A DNA stretch of 24,087 nt from Candidatus Nanoarchaeia archaeon (GCA_035283085.1 DATEUM010000059.1:1-24087); one strand, 5' to 3'; numbered from the stretch's first letter, positions 16,141 through 24,037 are shown. The notes: a model not told the origin generated them from the sequence alone. A program made the numbers and translations.

Positions 16141-17076
16141 ATGGAAAACAAGACAATCGAGATGAGCCCCAATCTAATATATGCGCTCATAATTATTGGA
16201 GTTGCGATAGCCGCAGTATTGGGCTTTATTCTGAAGGTTTCTCCATATCTCATAACTTTGGCGCTGTTGATGGGCATCGTGGGCTTTACAGCGACATTTG
16301 TTGCATGTCGCAAGCATTGCCTATCACAGATGCACTGCGCAATGTGTGGAATGGTTTTCGGCATGATTCCGGCGTTTATTGTTGGAACTATTCATGCCCT
16401 GCAAACAGGGGACTTTGTCTGGCCCATAATCACGGGAACAATTGCAGGCGCTGCTCTAGGAATACCTTTTGGCAACATAGGCGGCGATATGGGCCGGTTA
16501 GAAGCGGTAATGGCTGCGCCAATGGCAGGAATAATGGGCTCTATGACAGGAGTCATGGTAAGAATATATAATGTGGATTTGTTCATGATTGCTTTTGCAG
16601 CGATAATACTGTTTGTCCTGGGCGAGACCGCGTATATGGTGCACAAAACTTCTGGCAGGAAGCTGGATATGAAAAGCATAGGCATTGGCTGCATTCTTGG
16701 GCTAATATTTCTTGTACCAGTATCCCTAATTTCATTCCCAACAAATGTTGCTGCTACAGACTTGCAAGGTTTCTTGCAGGAAAGTGCCCCATCCGCTGCT
16801 GCTGAAAAGCAAGAAATTGGCATAAGAATTACCCGTTACGGATATGAGCCAGCTAATATAGATGTGAAAAAGGGTGCGGCGGTAAAGCTCAACTTGCAAG
16901 CAGATCCTGACGCAGGATGCGCAAGGGCTTTTACAATTCCTAGTTTGGGCATACAAAAAGTAGTGCAGCCAGGCGGCACAGAGACTGTTGAGTTTACAGC
17001 ACCAAACGATGAAAACATTAATATTCCGTTCCAGTGCTCAATGGGCATGGCCCGAGGTATGATCGATGTTGTCTAA
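16141..17076 (+). CDS. Multi-pass Met/Gly/Cys-rich membrane protein fused to a C-terminal cupredoxin-like domain
   Basis: Several hydrophobic segments with HCLSQMHCAMCGM and MAGIMGSMTGVM; C-terminal GYEPANIDVKKG..V, GCA, FQCSMGM..G. Confidence 0.8.
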   Translation: MENKTIEMSPNLIYALIIIGVAIAAVLGFILKVSPYLITLALLMGIVGFTATFVACRKHCLSQMHCAMCGMVFGMIPAFIVGTIHALQTGDFVWPIITGTIAGAALGIPFGNIGGDMGRLEAVMAAPMAGIMGSMTGVMVRIYNVDLFMIAFAAIILFVLGETAYMVHKTSGRKLDMKSIGIGCILGLIFLVPVSLISFPTNVAATDLQGFLQESAPSAAAEKQEIGIRITRYGYEPANIDVKKGAAVKLNLQADPDAGCARAFTIPSLGIQKVVQPGGTETVEFTAPNDENINIPFQCSMGMARGMIDVV

Positions 17077-17089
17077 CTGCCGTACTATG

Positions 17090-17195
17090 AAATCTCTCAA
17101 CACCGAAGCTTCGCAGAAGCGAGGCACAGCTGAACCGCAGTTCAGGTTGTGTAAGGGCTGCGCAAGATATGCAGCCATAGACCTTAGACTTACCC
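17090..17195. repeat. Dispersed palindromic element, copy C (long internal loop)
   Basis: Minus strand GGGTA-AG-TCTAAGGTCTATGGCTGC-[about 50 nt with hairpin CTGAAC/GTTCAG]-CTGCGAAGC-ttcggtgt-TGAGA-GA-T; collinear with copies B and D. Confidence 0.7.
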
Positions 17196-17214
17196 TTTGT
17201 AGTGGGGTGAAAGC

Positions 17215-19257
17215 ATAGCAACTGATCCGATCTGCGGCATGTATGTGGACGATAAATCTGCGACCATTACTAAGACTATCAAAGAAACCAAATATTACTT
17301 CTGCAGCTCCAATTGTCTTGTAGCTTTTGAAGCTCCTGAAAAGGAGATGAAGAGGCTGAAATATGAGGCCATTTTTGGCGGAATCTTCGCAGCAATTGCA
17401 ATGACGCTGTTTTTCCTTCAAGACTTTCAATACCATGATATAGCAGCTCTCTTGGTCACGTTGCCTGTGCAGTTTGTAATTGGCAGAAGGTTTTACAGTG
17501 GCGCTTGGGATGGCCTCAAGTCAAAGAGCGCAAATATGGACACTTTGATTGCGCTCGGCACGTCTGCCGCATGGTTCTATTCTGCATATGTAACGCTGAC
17601 TGGAGGAGATGGCGTTTATTTTGAAGTTGCGGCCATAATCATTGCCGCTACAGTAATTGGAAAATATCTCGAAGAAATTATGAAGCACAAGGCAACTGCA
17701 GCCTTGCACAAATTGATGGACCTGCGGCCTAAAATTGCAAAAGTTTTGGTGAAAGGCAAGGAAATTGAAAAGCCTATTTCTGAGGTTAAAGTTGGCGATA
17801 TATGCGTAGTAAGGCCTGGCCAGTCAATACCTACAGACGGTGTTGTGTTTGATGGCCACTCTGAAGTCAACGAGTCAATGGTAACCGGCGAATCTATGCC
17901 AGTCTCAAAATACAAGGGCGATTCTGTAATCGGAGGCACGATAAATGAAGGTGGCTTGTTGAAAATTAAAACTACTAAAGTCGGCGAGGACACTGTTCTG
18001 CAGCAGATAATTGCACTCGTGGGACAAGCACAGCTGCAAAAAATACCAATTCAGCATCTTGTCGATAAGGTTGCTGCAAGATTTGTTCCTGCCGTAATAT
18101 TAATTGCGCTCGGCGCGTTTGCGTTTTGGTCTCTCACAGGCCAAGAATTTATCTTCGCACTTACAATCGCAATTTCAGTCCTGATTATAGCATGCCCCTG
18201 TGCCTTAGGGCTTGCAACTCCGACAGCGCTTGTGATAGGAATAGGAAAAGCCGCTGAACAAGGCATTTTGGTCAGAGCAGGTTCTGCACTTGAACTGGCA
18301 AAGAATGTTGATACGATTGTTTTTGATAAGACAGGCACGCTGACAAAAGGAAAGCCTGATGTCATTGACATTGTTGCATTGAAAGGTAAGAAAGATGACG
18401 TTTTGAGAATAGCAGCAATTGCAGAATACGGCTCTGAACATCCACTTGGAAGGGCAATTGTGAAAAAAGCTGATGATTCGAAACTTAAAGTTCCAGAAGG
18501 CAGCAAATACAAGACCCTCGCAGGAAAAGGCATTATTGCAGCCTACAAGGATTCGGCAATTTTTGTAGGCAACAGGGATTTGATGAGTGAATACAAGATA
18601 AATCTAAGAAAGGTCGAGCCTGTGTTAAAATCATACGAGGCGCAGGCTAAAACAGCAATCCTTGTCGCTTTTGATAGGCAAATAATAGGCATTATTACGC
18701 TGGCTGATACTCTAAAAGAAACTTCTCCTAATGCTGTGGAGAGATTGAAAAAACTAGGCAAGGAACTCATATTATTAACTGGTGACAATGAAAAGACTGC
18801 CAAGGAAATAGCAAGGCAGGTAGGCATAACAAAAATACTTGCAAATGTAAAACCTGGAGACAAAGCAGCAAAAATCAAGGAACTACAAGCGCAGGGAAAG
18901 AAAGTTGCAATGGTCGGCGATGGTGTCAATGACGCACCTGCTCTGGCGCAAGCAGATTTGGGCATAGCAATAGGCTCTGGAACTGATGTTGCAAAAGAAA
19001 CTGGCCAGATAGTTCTAATTAAGGACGATTTGCGTGATGTGGCAAAAGCCATCGAAATAAGCACTAAAACCATCAACAAGATTAAACAGAATTTAGTCTG
19101 GGCATTCGGCTACAATGTGGCAGCAATCCCAATAGCTGCAGGCCTATTGTATCCTAGCTTCGGCCTGCTTTTGAGTCCCATTATAGCGTCTATAGCTATG
19201 GCAACTTCTTCGGTATCTGTTGTAAGCAATAGTTTGCTGATGAAATTGATGAAATAA
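17215..19257 (+). CDS. copA: Cu(+)-exporting P1B-type ATPase with N-terminal YHS domain; probable ATA start
   Basis: CPC (TM6), DKTGT, SEHP, TGDN, GDGVND, YN and MATSS (P1B-1 signature). The YHS start ATDPICGM lies upstream of the annotated ATG 17239, beginning at in-frame ATA 17215 after SD GGGGTGA. Confidence 0.92.
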   Translation: MATDPICGMYVDDKSATITKTIKETKYYFCSSNCLVAFEAPEKEMKRLKYEAIFGGIFAAIAMTLFFLQDFQYHDIAALLVTLPVQFVIGRRFYSGAWDGLKSKSANMDTLIALGTSAAWFYSAYVTLTGGDGVYFEVAAIIIAATVIGKYLEEIMKHKATAALHKLMDLRPKIAKVLVKGKEIEKPISEVKVGDICVVRPGQSIPTDGVVFDGHSEVNESMVTGESMPVSKYKGDSVIGGTINEGGLLKIKTTKVGEDTVLQQIIALVGQAQLQKIPIQHLVDKVAARFVPAVILIALGAFAFWSLTGQEFIFALTIAISVLIIACPCALGLATPTALVIGIGKAAEQGILVRAGSALELAKNVDTIVFDKTGTLTKGKPDVIDIVALKGKKDDVLRIAAIAEYGSEHPLGRAIVKKADDSKLKVPEGSKYKTLAGKGIIAAYKDSAIFVGNRDLMSEYKINLRKVEPVLKSYEAQAKTAILVAFDRQIIGIITLADTLKETSPNAVERLKKLGKELILLTGDNEKTAKEIARQVGITKILANVKPGDKAAKIKELQAQGKKVAMVGDGVNDAPALAQADLGIAIGSGTDVAKETGQIVLIKDDLRDVAKAIEISTKTINKIKQNLVWAFGYNVAAIPIAAGLLYPSFGLLLSPIIASIAMATSSVSVVSNSLLMKLMK

Positions 19258-19311
19258 ATGGAAAGAGCGTACATTGGAAAAGGTTTAAAGGATTTTGGGG
19301 GCTAGTTTAGC

Positions 19312-20001
19312 ATGCATGACTGTGAGCGGTGCGGGAAGTCGTTCGATTCCGAGGATGCCTTGAGGCAGCATAATGTTGCCAAACACGGCTCTGAGGACGT
19401 AAAGCCAAAGAAAAGCAAGTTCGTGTTCAAGGCGCTTGCAATTGTCATAGTTATTATTGGCGTAGCCATTGTGGCTTTCCTGCTGTTTTCAAAGCCATCC
19501 TATTCGCCTCTGCCTGCGGCAGAGCATGTCAAGGGCAATGGCACAATCGAAATCTTAGAGTTCAGCGATTTCCAGTGCCCTGCCTGCGGTGTTGCATATC
19601 CGCAGGCAAAGCTTTTCCTGGAGAACAGCTCTGACAAGGTGCGCTTTGTCTACAAGCACTTTCCCTTGACACAAACGCACCCTTTCGCATTTAAAGCCGC
19701 AGAAGCTTCCGAATGTGCTGCTGACCAGGGCAAGTTCTGGGAGTATCATGATATGCTTTTTGAAAACCAGCGCAGCCTCAAGGAGCCTGATTTGATAAGA
19801 TATGCAGAGAACATCGGGCTGGACAAAGAGTCTTTTAAGGTATGCCTGGATAGCGGGGCAATGGCTAAACGCATAAAAGCAGATATGGCTGAAGGCAGCC
19901 GCCTTGATGTCAGCGCAACACCGACATTCTTTATCAGCGGCAAGAAATTTGAAGGTGCCTTGACAGCCGAAAAATTTGAACAGGAGGTTGCAAACGCATG
20001 A
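19312..20001 (+). CDS. DsbA-family thiol-disulfide oxidoreductase with N-terminal C2H2 zinc finger and TM anchor
   Basis: CERC-x12-H-x4-H, TM helix, EFSDFQCPAC, YKHFPL, AAEASECAADQGKFWEYHD, TPTFFI; TTTAAA at 19284-19289. Confidence 0.88.
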   Translation: MHDCERCGKSFDSEDALRQHNVAKHGSEDVKPKKSKFVFKALAIVIVIIGVAIVAFLLFSKPSYSPLPAAEHVKGNGTIEILEFSDFQCPACGVAYPQAKLFLENSSDKVRFVYKHFPLTQTHPFAFKAAEASECAADQGKFWEYHDMLFENQRSLKEPDLIRYAENIGLDKESFKVCLDSGAMAKRIKADMAEGSRLDVSATPTFFISGKKFEGALTAEKFEQEVANA

Positions 20002-20612
20002 AAATACTTGCAGTAATATTGATAGCTGCAATTGTCGGCGCAGTTGTTGGCACCATAGTAACGACTGCGGCACTGAGCCTGATGGCAGATAAGTCGAAAG
20101 ACGATTTGATAAAAGATTTTTACGAGATTGAGAATGCTGTATACGTGAGCCCGCACGGCTTGCGCAAGTCAATGGATGAAGGCAAAGACAACTTTATTCT
20201 TGTAGACCTGAGGAGCCAGGAAGAGTACGAAAAGGAACACATCATAGGCGCCGTAAATATCCCTGCATATAAGGATCCCAATACGTCTGCATACGGTGAT
20301 GTCGAGCGAATTGTGGGCGCATTCAAAGAATTGCGGGCAGAGAATCCTGACAAGGAAATCATAGTTTACTGTTACAGCATGCCCTGCATGACGGGCCGGA
20401 AAATAGGCCTGATGTTAGTTGAGAACGGAATTTATGCCAAGCATCTTGGCATAGGGTGGAACGAATGGCGATATTACTGGACTATGTGGAACCATGAAGG
20501 GGAATGGGAATCCACCAATGTTACAGATTACATAGCAAGCGGCCCTGAGCCCGGAGTGCCAAAACTGAAAAATACTGGCAGCCCTTGCACAGTGGGAAGT
20601 CTCGGCTGCTGA
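19998..20612 (+). CDS. Exported rhodanese-like domain protein
   Basis: Signal/TM N-terminus, LVDLRSQEEYEKEHIIGAVNIP, IIVYCYSMPC, LGIGWNEW. Confidence 0.85.
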   Translation: MKILAVILIAAIVGAVVGTIVTTAALSLMADKSKDDLIKDFYEIENAVYVSPHGLRKSMDEGKDNFILVDLRSQEEYEKEHIIGAVNIPAYKDPNTSAYGDVERIVGAFKELRAENPDKEIIVYCYSMPCMTGRKIGLMLVENGIYAKHLGIGWNEWRYYWTMWNHEGEWESTNVTDYIASGPEPGVPKLKNTGSPCTVGSLGC

Positions 20613-20629
20613 CAACAAGATAAATAGCA

Positions 20630-21097
20630 ATGACACCATCAAGTACTGGAGAGATGCTCGGAAAAATACTATTAGTTCTGGCAATTGCTGGCATCATAGT
20701 TTCTGCCTGGCTGACCTGGCACCATTATTGGGTTAATTATCTTAGCGGGGCTGGCGACTGGTGCGACGTTAATGCGCTATTCAACTGTGATGTGATTGCG
20801 CAAAGCGCCCATTCTCAAATTTTAGGCATACCAGTAGCCGTAATTGGCCTGCTATGGTTTTCCGCTGTTTTAGCTTTTCCCTTATTTGTAAAAGTCTTAG
20901 GACAAAAGAAGGCAACATTGGCATTAATGGGCTGGTCCATATTAGGCACCATTGGAATCGGGTTGTTTGTTTATATCGAAATTTTTGCCATAAAAGTGAT
21001 ATGCTTGGGCTGCACACTCGCGCACATTATTGGCCTGGCCATACTAGCGGTGTCCTTGCTGATGCTGCGCAACAGCCGCCCAGCAAATGTCTTATAA
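20630..21097 (+). CDS. Vitamin K epoxide reductase (VKOR) family protein
   Basis: Loop Cys pair WCDVNALFNC..IAQS.HS.ILGIPVA and CLGC at the start of TM4. Confidence 0.9.
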   Translation: MTPSSTGEMLGKILLVLAIAGIIVSAWLTWHHYWVNYLSGAGDWCDVNALFNCDVIAQSAHSQILGIPVAVIGLLWFSAVLAFPLFVKVLGQKKATLALMGWSILGTIGIGLFVYIEIFAIKVICLGCTLAHIIGLAILAVSLLMLRNSRPANVL

Positions 21098-21608
21098 AAC
21101 AATGCTTTCAAATTTAGGCATGAGCATAGGTTCAAAAAAGGTGGGTCTGCTGCTCATAGTCTTTGCATTAGTCCTATTGCTAACTCTCACATTTGTCAAG
21201 GCAGGTCTTGACGCGCAGTCAATAGCATTATGCGATGCATTTGAGGAAGACATGGAAAGCTGCCCTGCACACAATAGCAATACCTCATGGTTCCTTACCG
21301 GGGCCTTTGGCCTCTCATTTCTGGTACTAGGATTTGGCGGTTATCTTACGTTTATGCCGAAGCCTGCGCCAGTCATTGTAGAACAGAAAAAAGTATTCAA
21401 AGAAATTGATATGGCAAGATTGGATGAAGACGAGAGGAAGCTCTATGAAATTATAAAAGCCAGAGGCGGTTCGGCATTTCAATCAGAGCTTATCAGAGAA
21501 CTAGGGCTGAGCAAAGTAAAAGTTACAAGGATCCTAGACAAGCTGGAAATGTCTCAAATCCTGGAAAGAAAAAGAAGAGGAATGACGAATATTATAGTTC
21601 TGAAGTAA
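21087..21608 (+). CDS. Two-TM membrane protein with C-terminal winged-HTH domain (start may be 21102 or 21120)
   Basis: TM1, loop with ALC..SCPAH, TM2, then LDEDERKLYEII...FQSELIRELGLSKVKVTRILDKLE...LERKRRGMTNII. Confidence 0.8.
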   Translation: MSYKTMLSNLGMSIGSKKVGLLLIVFALVLLLTLTFVKAGLDAQSIALCDAFEEDMESCPAHNSNTSWFLTGAFGLSFLVLGFGGYLTFMPKPAPVIVEQKKVFKEIDMARLDEDERKLYEIIKARGGSAFQSELIRELGLSKVKVTRILDKLEMSQILERKRRGMTNIIVLK

Positions 21609-21709
21609 AATAACAGCTATAACAAAAATAACAATTTTTAAATAAAGTATTAGAAATAAATAATTTACGAAGCGAAAAGCTGTGAAACTCCCTAAGCCAA
21701 AACATTTAA

Positions 21710-21729
21710 ATATTAGAATATTCTAATAT
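21710..21729. promoter_or_regulatory. Perfect 20-bp palindrome, candidate operator of the second ArsR
   Basis: ATATTAGAAT|ATTCTAATAT, lying between TATA box TTTAAA (21705-21710) and ATG 21736. Confidence 0.7.
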
Positions 21730-21735
21730 GATATT

Positions 21736-22047
21736 ATGAGAGACTTGTATAAAGCTCACGCTGAGGTCTGCAAGGTATTTTCCAATTCAACCAGGTTGGA
21801 AATTTTGAACCATTTGAGAAATAAGGAGCTATCAGTAACAGAGTTGATAGAAAAAACGAAGCTGAGCCAGGCCAACATTTCCCAGCACTTATCAATTATG
21901 AAATCTAAAGGTATTGTTGCATCAAACAGGAAAGGCAAAAATGTCTATTACAAACTTGTAAATCCAAAAATCATCAGAGCATTTGACATAATAAGGGAGG
22001 CTTTGGCTGAAAATCTTGGAAAACGAAAGCTAGAGGTGCTAAGATGA
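21736..22047 (+). CDS. ArsR/SmtB family transcriptional regulator
   Basis: AEVCKVFSNSTRLEIL..L, ELSVTEL, SQANISQHL..M...GIV...RKGKNVYYKL. Confidence 0.9.
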   Translation: MRDLYKAHAEVCKVFSNSTRLEILNHLRNKELSVTELIEKTKLSQANISQHLSIMKSKGIVASNRKGKNVYYKLVNPKIIRAFDIIREALAENLGKRKLEVLR

Positions 22048-22571
22048 AAAAACTATTGGTAGTGCTTGCTTTGAGCATGTTATTATTAAATGCAAGTTCA
22101 GCCTTTGCTGATGCGGGCCATCAAAGTGGGATTGAGGAGGGTAAAAATTTAGTAGAAAGTAATGTACCTTGTGATAATTTAAGTGATGAGCAACTTGAAG
22201 CAATTGGAGAATACTTCATGGAACAAATGCATCCTGGAGAAGCCCATGAAATGATGGATAAAATGATGGGTGGGGAAGGTTCTGAAAGTTTAAGGCAAGT
22301 TCATATCACAATGGCAAAAAGGCTTTATTGCAATGAGGACATTAGCGGAATGATGGGCTCTGGAGGCATGATGGGCTGGCAAAATCCACAAACAAATATG
22401 GTGCAGGGAATGATGGGAAATTGGTATGGCCCAGCGTACTGGCCTTTTGCCAACATCCCTTATATTATTCTGCTAATTGGAGCGATAATTCTGGTTTACT
22501 CTTTGGCAACTAAATCATCAAATGATTCAATCCGAAAGAAAAGTAAAAAACATGGCAAAAGAAACAAATAA
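22044..22571 (+). CDS. Exported Met/His-rich protein with C-terminal TM anchor
   Basis: Signal peptide, CDNLSDEQLEAIGEYFMEQMHPGEAHEMMDKMMGG...HITMAKRLYC, Met-Gly tracts, C-terminal TM. Confidence 0.75.
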   Translation: MKKLLVVLALSMLLLNASSAFADAGHQSGIEEGKNLVESNVPCDNLSDEQLEAIGEYFMEQMHPGEAHEMMDKMMGGEGSESLRQVHITMAKRLYCNEDISGMMGSGGMMGWQNPQTNMVQGMMGNWYGPAYWPFANIPYIILLIGAIILVYSLATKSSNDSIRKKSKKHGKRNK

Positions 22572-22749
22572 GAAATTGGTTAGCGATAGCAGCCTCATAA
22601 TTGTTGTCCTTTTAGTTCTACTACTCCTGTTCGGCTTTGGTGGAGGTTTCGGCTATATGGGCGGGATGATGTTTTTTGGGCCCGTAGCTATGCTGCTAGT
22701 ATTAGTGCTGATAGTTTGGTTAATAGTTTCTTTAACTAGGAAAGATTAG
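22552..22749 (+). CDS. Small two-TM membrane protein (65 aa)
   Basis: Two hydrophobic helices joined by GFGGGFGYMGGMMFFG. Confidence 0.7.
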   Translation: MAKETNKKLVSDSSLIIVVLLVLLLLFGFGGGFGYMGGMMFFGPVAMLLVLVLIVWLIVSLTRKD

Positions 22750-22757
22750 AGGCAAAA

Positions 22758-23282
22758 ATGAGAATAAATAATATAGATGTTGAGAAAGCAAAGGCATTTG
22801 TTGAAGAAGCCAAAACAGATAAAAGCAAGGCTATTAAAGTAAAAAAAGTTGAGGGTGAATGGATTTTTGAAGAAGGCAAGCCACAGTTCCGGGCAACGCT
22901 GCAGCACGGCAATAAAGCTACAGAACTTGAATCCGATAGCGCAGAATTTATGGGTGGCTCTGCTCTGAAGCCTGACCCTGTACAGTATTGCTTGTTCGGG
23001 CTCGCAGCTTGTTTTGCACAAACATTTGTTTCAATAGCTGCTGAGAAGGGTATAGAGTTACAAAAACTAAAAGTATCCGCTGAGAATAAAGTAAATTTAG
23101 CAAAGGCGCTGGGCTTGAGTGACGAACCAATTGTTGAGAATGTTAAATTTATTGTAGAAGCAACAAGCCAAGGTAATAAAGACAAGCTTAAAGAGATAGC
23201 AATCCTGGCGAGAGAAAGATGTCCAGGTGTCTATTGCCTAACTAACCCTATAAAGCTGGATGTAGAGAGCAAGTTTGAGTAA
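22758..23282 (+). CDS. OsmC/Ohr-like family protein
   Basis: GGSALKPDPVQYCLFGLAAC and distal RCPGVYCLTNP Cys pair, with typical OsmC spacing. Confidence 0.85.
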   Translation: MRINNIDVEKAKAFVEEAKTDKSKAIKVKKVEGEWIFEEGKPQFRATLQHGNKATELESDSAEFMGGSALKPDPVQYCLFGLAACFAQTFVSIAAEKGIELQKLKVSAENKVNLAKALGLSDEPIVENVKFIVEATSQGNKDKLKEIAILARERCPGVYCLTNPIKLDVESKFE

Positions 23283-23340
23283 TTTAATGTGAAACTAGTT
23301 TCATCAGTATGTATTAGTGCTGTTTCTATGTAATAAATGC

Positions 23341-24036
23341 ATGGATAAGCCAGAAGAAAAGGCAAAGACAAAAGTTAAGGCAGAGCCTTTGGTGATGATT
23401 TTGCTTGTTGCAGCCATAGGAATTCTGGCCTTTAATGAGATGCAAATCCTGTCCATTGGGAATACAAACGTTGTAAGTGCGGCACAATCAAGTACAGGCG
23501 GTAGCGTTACAAACGCCCTGAGCAATGCAGCATCAGCTTTAAGTGTTCTGCCTACAGGAATTCCTGCAGTATATGGCGCTGAGCTAGACGTCAGCTATGA
23601 TGATGTCTCTGCAGATAATCCTCAGAGCGCAAATGCGGCAATAGGAAAGCTTGCAAATTTGGACAAATCCATAACTCTTAGCGGAGATTTGCAACAGAGA
23701 TACATCGATATTGCGTCACAGATAAGCTGTGAATACTGCTGCGGTGCAAAGGCCATAATTTTTGAGAACGGCCAGCCAGCCTGCGGATGCGCGCACAGCT
23801 ATGCGATGCGAGGCCTTGCAAAGTACCTGCTGACTGAACATCCAGAGCTTTCTGATGAACAGATACTTGAGGAGATGGGAAAATGGAAAGTCCTCTTTTT
23901 CCCAGGGGTACACGAACAGAAGGCCCAAGTTATGCAACAACAGGGCATAGAAATGAATTACATCAACCTTGCTTCCAACAAGTATAGGGGAATTGAGAAG
24001 GGCGCGACTGGCGGAAGCATGGTAGGAGGTTGTTAG
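23341..24036 (+). CDS. Membrane-anchored protein with SCEYCCG...CGCAH Cys cluster
   Basis: Start placed at MDKPEE; TM helix, Ser/Ala linker, Cys cluster, C-terminal MVGGC. Confidence 0.75.
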   Translation: MDKPEEKAKTKVKAEPLVMILLVAAIGILAFNEMQILSIGNTNVVSAAQSSTGGSVTNALSNAASALSVLPTGIPAVYGAELDVSYDDVSADNPQSANAAIGKLANLDKSITLSGDLQQRYIDIASQISCEYCCGAKAIIFENGQPACGCAHSYAMRGLAKYLLTEHPELSDEQILEEMGKWKVLFFPGVHEQKAQVMQQQGIEMNYINLASNKYRGIEKGATGGSMVGGC

Positions 24037-24037
24037 G

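Noticed and set aside
6593-17195. Palindromic copies as integron attC sites or a CRISPR array
   Set aside because: Copy B has RYYYAAC/GTTRRRY-like words, but in the opposite order to attC. The copies flank core genes rather than cassettes, are kilobases apart, and there is no integrase, no cas gene and no regular spacers.
12398-20172. Long antisense ORFs in the track (for example 12398-13045, 18051-18533, 18543-19079, 19555-20172)
   Set aside because: They are shadows of well-supported genes on the opposite strand, with no motifs or start signals.
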